Positions 60,501 to 64,000 of a stretch of 64,000 nt of DNA are shown one piece after another (the first letter of the stretch is position 1; each line of letters opens with the position of its first letter). The position numbers and the translations under genes are program-made. The stretch is from the NCBI RefSeq assembly GCF_018977255.1, contig NW_024704742.1:56546001-56610000 (forward strand). The letters are read 5' to 3'. The notes beneath the pieces were generated by a model. It made no database searches, had not been told where the DNA came from, and worked only from the letters and a program-made list of their open reading frames with translations. This stretch comes from Callorhinchus milii. Lineage: Eukaryota.

Positions 60501-63288
60501 CATTTAAGAAAGTCTGATGCTGTATTGGAAAAATGGTGGCGAGAGTGGGTATTCTAGAAAGATGAGATCAAATGGGTCATCCTCGTCTGAACTTCTCTTG
60601 TAATCTTCTGATGAGTTATATGAGCACATACCATTTGTTTGTCCCTGCTTGCTGGCCTTCAATGACCAGGTAACAACTTTCACTCCATTTGAATCCCACA
60701 AGCAGAAGATAGCAAATGAACTATATTGTAGTTGCAGCATTCAAACAATTACAATGCTGGTACTGGCATTTACAAGCATTTATCGGCACTGAAAAAACGA
60801 CACCAAAAAAAGTTGGTGAATGTCTGTACCAACCTTGTGCTTCCACCTAGCTAAAAATGCCATCTTTCAGTTCCAGGTGCAGTTAAATAACGGCTTGCCT
60901 GTGAAGACTATCCCCTGAAGAATAATTGCCTTCAAGAGAAGAGGAGGAAAGACAATTGGCAGAAATCCTTAGATGAATAGTTTATTGCTGGAGCAATTCT
61001 GGCCAGTCATTCTTGAACAGGTGATCATTAAAGCAGCACATACCATTTGCTATGTAAACAAACCAACTGCTGAAAATTCTAGTATTTTAAAAAAGTAAAT
61101 GCTTTGCTGGGAAACATGTGATGCAAGCTACGATAATTAATACTCCAAGAGGTAGAAAATCTATAGTGTCTAGAATTTGGCAAATTTTCAATTTAGTCTT
61201 AAATTTTTAGGCCGTTATGTTATTTTAGGAACAATCGAAAAAATAGCTTTAAAGTTAAGACTGAATTCAATAATTTGACAAATTCTGGAAGCTCTGAAAT
61301 GCCACATAAATAGAGCAATTTCCTAAAAATAGTATTTTTATCATTTATTTTTCTGTTGCCTCTATCCTATTTTTGTCAAACTCAGGAACACATGCAGAAA
61401 CCAATCACCTGCTAAGCATATCCAAAACAGATTGAGAGTTCCATATATGTGTAGCACCTACATATGGACATTTCCCTGTGTTTGGAATGGAATGCACAAT
61501 CTCTCCTAAAGGGACACCCCTCGCTCACCGAATTACGAAGAGTATTAGGCACATGTTGGTGAGAATGAAAGCTTGGGGACAACAGAATATGCGTATCATA
61601 CTGTTTGAGTTTGAACCAGCTAATTAACACTTTGAAACGTCTTCCTGATGTGAAAGTCTCTATATAAATGTAATTTGTATTGTAACATTGAGAACACTCT
61701 CTGGCAAGCTTATGACTGCTTGACCAACGAGGACCACTCTGCCCATCCGAGCTTTGGGTTGCAGGGTTCACAGATGCTGAGTGTGACTGGTCTGACCTGC
61801 CAAGTAGTGCTGATGAGTCAGGCTGACTTATCCATCAATAGCAGTACACAGGAGCATTGTGCACCCATCTGGCTCAGGAATCAGTCTACCAAGACCGCAA
61901 CATAACTCAATCCTGATATTCTATTGCCAAATGCGTGAATTTGGAGTTATCACAGCTACTAGGAAACCCCACACTTTACCCCCACCTCTTGGAGGACAGT
62001 CATAAGGTGGTCATTGATATCAGACAATCATAAGTTTCACAAAAGATCTCTCACTAGATGAATGATAGATACCAGGAAATACCTGAAAGTTTCCTGATGG
62101 GCAGCTCAGCATGAAATGCACAAAATCATTTCTACCATCCTCCTGCCCACAGCTCGGACACACAACGGTTCCATTAGTTGGAAGTTCAGAGCTTAGAGCA
62201 TCAGCTGTTAACCTCTCCGCAAACCAATCAAGGTGGATACCAGGCCCTGCATATATGAGTGTGTTCATGATCCTGGACTCCAGGGTAACACCATCCAGCA
62301 GCTATCATCCCAAACCTCAGACTATCCTCATCAGCTATTTGATGCAGGAGACTTACTTGATCAATGGTGAACAGAACTCTTTCTGCAGCCAGTTTTTAAT
62401 TCCCCCAAGACAATCTAGGCACTCTATCCCATGAGTAAATGTTAGATGAGACAAGGGTTTACACTAGTATCTCTTAGTGGAGAGTTCAGCACTTATTGGC
62501 TATATTATGCTACTTGCTTTGTTTGGTCGTTGCGTTGATCCAGCCAAGTGTTTGTTTCATAGGAATAAAATATATTTCATTTTATTACCCACAAAATAGA
62601 CAGACAATTCACTTTACAGCATATTCTGTGAAGAGCTTTGAGATGTCTTGAAGATGTGAAAAGGTGCTATAGCAAATCCAAGGATTATTATTATCATCCT
62701 ATTATGTGAGAAGCGTGACATTTCATATAAGGGTTCCAAATGGATTGACTTACTGTTTAGTAAATCGTATCACCCGGTACTGTAAATTAACTCTGTAATA
62801 TAGTCTGTTATTCCCATCTGCTTTGTTTTAATGCTGATTAGTATGGAACTGGAACAGCAGCAAACAAACCTTAGTTAAACAGCAAGCTAAGCCTATGCTT
62901 TTAATAACATTCCATTTGAAGCCCTGAAACAAAGCTTGCTACTGTTAGATCTCTGAAGCCTGGAGGACTTTAGAACCGTGTTTGGCTGCATGCAATGTAA
63001 GACCCGTTCATTAGAGTAATGTGATTCTTTCAGGCGAATCAAGCCTGCAAGTTCTCGGTTAACCAGCAATTTCCTACATTTCCCTTGGGAAATGAGCATG
63101 TACAGCTGAAGGTTAAGGATAAAAAAATCCATTAACATGTAATGAGGCACAGGGCCAACCAATTGGAAGCTCTGACACACTGAAGATGTTTTCGGATACA
63201 ACAGAGTATGGCACACATTATGAAGGCTTATTGCGCATGAAGACGATATACTTTCTCCAAGTGCAGCGAGTACTACTTTGTGCTGCTG

Positions 63289-63418
63289 TATAATGAGGAG
63301 AGCTGAGAGGCAGCAGTTTTTTCAGTGAGCACACACCTTGTAACTCATTACTCCACACAGTACCCAGTTACTCAGTCTGCAGTGTTCAATGCCAGAATGC
63401 CCTCACTTGAAGGTAAGT
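63289..63418 (+). other. Candidate short first/non-coding exon of a plus-strand gene (SORBS2 expected by synteny)
   Basis: TATAAT at 63289, Inr-like TCAGT at 63322, consensus donor AAG|GTAAGT at 63413, all in repeat-free DNA. Gene identity is inferred from synteny only. Confidence 0.3.
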
Positions 63419-64000
63419 GATTCTGTCACTTGTAATTATGCAGGAATTCCTTTATTCTAAGGCTGTATTTATCACGCAATTTAACTAAGATTTTCCTGCT
63501 CTGGCATTTTATGGATGGTCCTGGTTTAATTGTGCTTTGTACAATTGGACAAAAGCTTTTGTATCATTAGGATGGGGCAGTTTTGTACAAGTATTTATTA
63601 TGACTGACAAAAGTCTTGTCCTTTTTGATTGTTTTAACCTTACAATAGTAAATTATTAAATGGAGTGTATGCACCATGATCTGCTGAAATATTTATAACC
63701 TGGATTTATCTGTTCTTAACTAATGTCACTTTAACAAAATGAAAATAATGGCTGCGTATTGTCATTTGAGAACAGAATTTCCCTTTGTGTTTCAATTTAC
63801 TACATTCGTTTTGCTTTGGACCAGAAAAATAGCCACCTGCAGCTACCTTTCTGAATGGCATGACACTGGGATTTATAATATCTCTGCCATGCTTCAGCAT
63901 TCACAACATCCAGTTACAATGGAAACAAGGCAAGTTGGATTAAATGAATTCTCTTTGTGCTGCTTGGTCTGAATGCTTTTGCGGCCTGGCATCAAAGTGT

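Noticed and set aside
1..64000. Prokaryotic-type or viral system (operon, defence island, endogenous virus)
   Set aside because: The window shows spliceosomal genes and vertebrate retroposons only; I recognised no LTR, integrase, transposase, capsid or operon-like ORF arrays.

Overview
Vertebrate nuclear DNA, most likely from a cartilaginous fish (possibly a chimaera). That assignment is inferred from the L2/CR1 LINE plus Deu-domain SINE repertoire and is not verified. The minus strand carries a complete, intact Toll-like receptor 3 gene: four coding exons at 24275-23835, 21264-21073, 19299-17450 and 15241-15013, totalling 2712 nt (903 aa), all introns GT-AG. A candidate non-coding first exon and promoter with an ISRE lies at about 27.3-27.7 kb. 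About 10 kb downstream, on the same strand, is the first coding exon of FAM149A (4722-4160), matching the SORBS2-TLR3-FAM149A order known from mammals. The rest is intronic or intergenic DNA dense in L2 LINEs (one near full-length but decayed), CR1 LINEs and two tRNA-derived SINE families. Most ORFs in the supplied track are TE fragments or spurious. I found no clearly new multi-gene system. The most interesting observations are: a retroposon-derived uORF whose stop codon abuts the TLR3 start codon; a Gly at the TLR3 BB-loop Pro/Ala switch position; a 120-bp templated inverted duplication at an L2 5' junction; an isolated R4/Dong-like N-terminal fragment between two TAA-repeat SINE tails; a CORE+Deu chimeric SINE; and inverted L2 pairs bracketing the TLR3 promoter and exon 3. 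Repeat boundaries were read by eye and are approximate.
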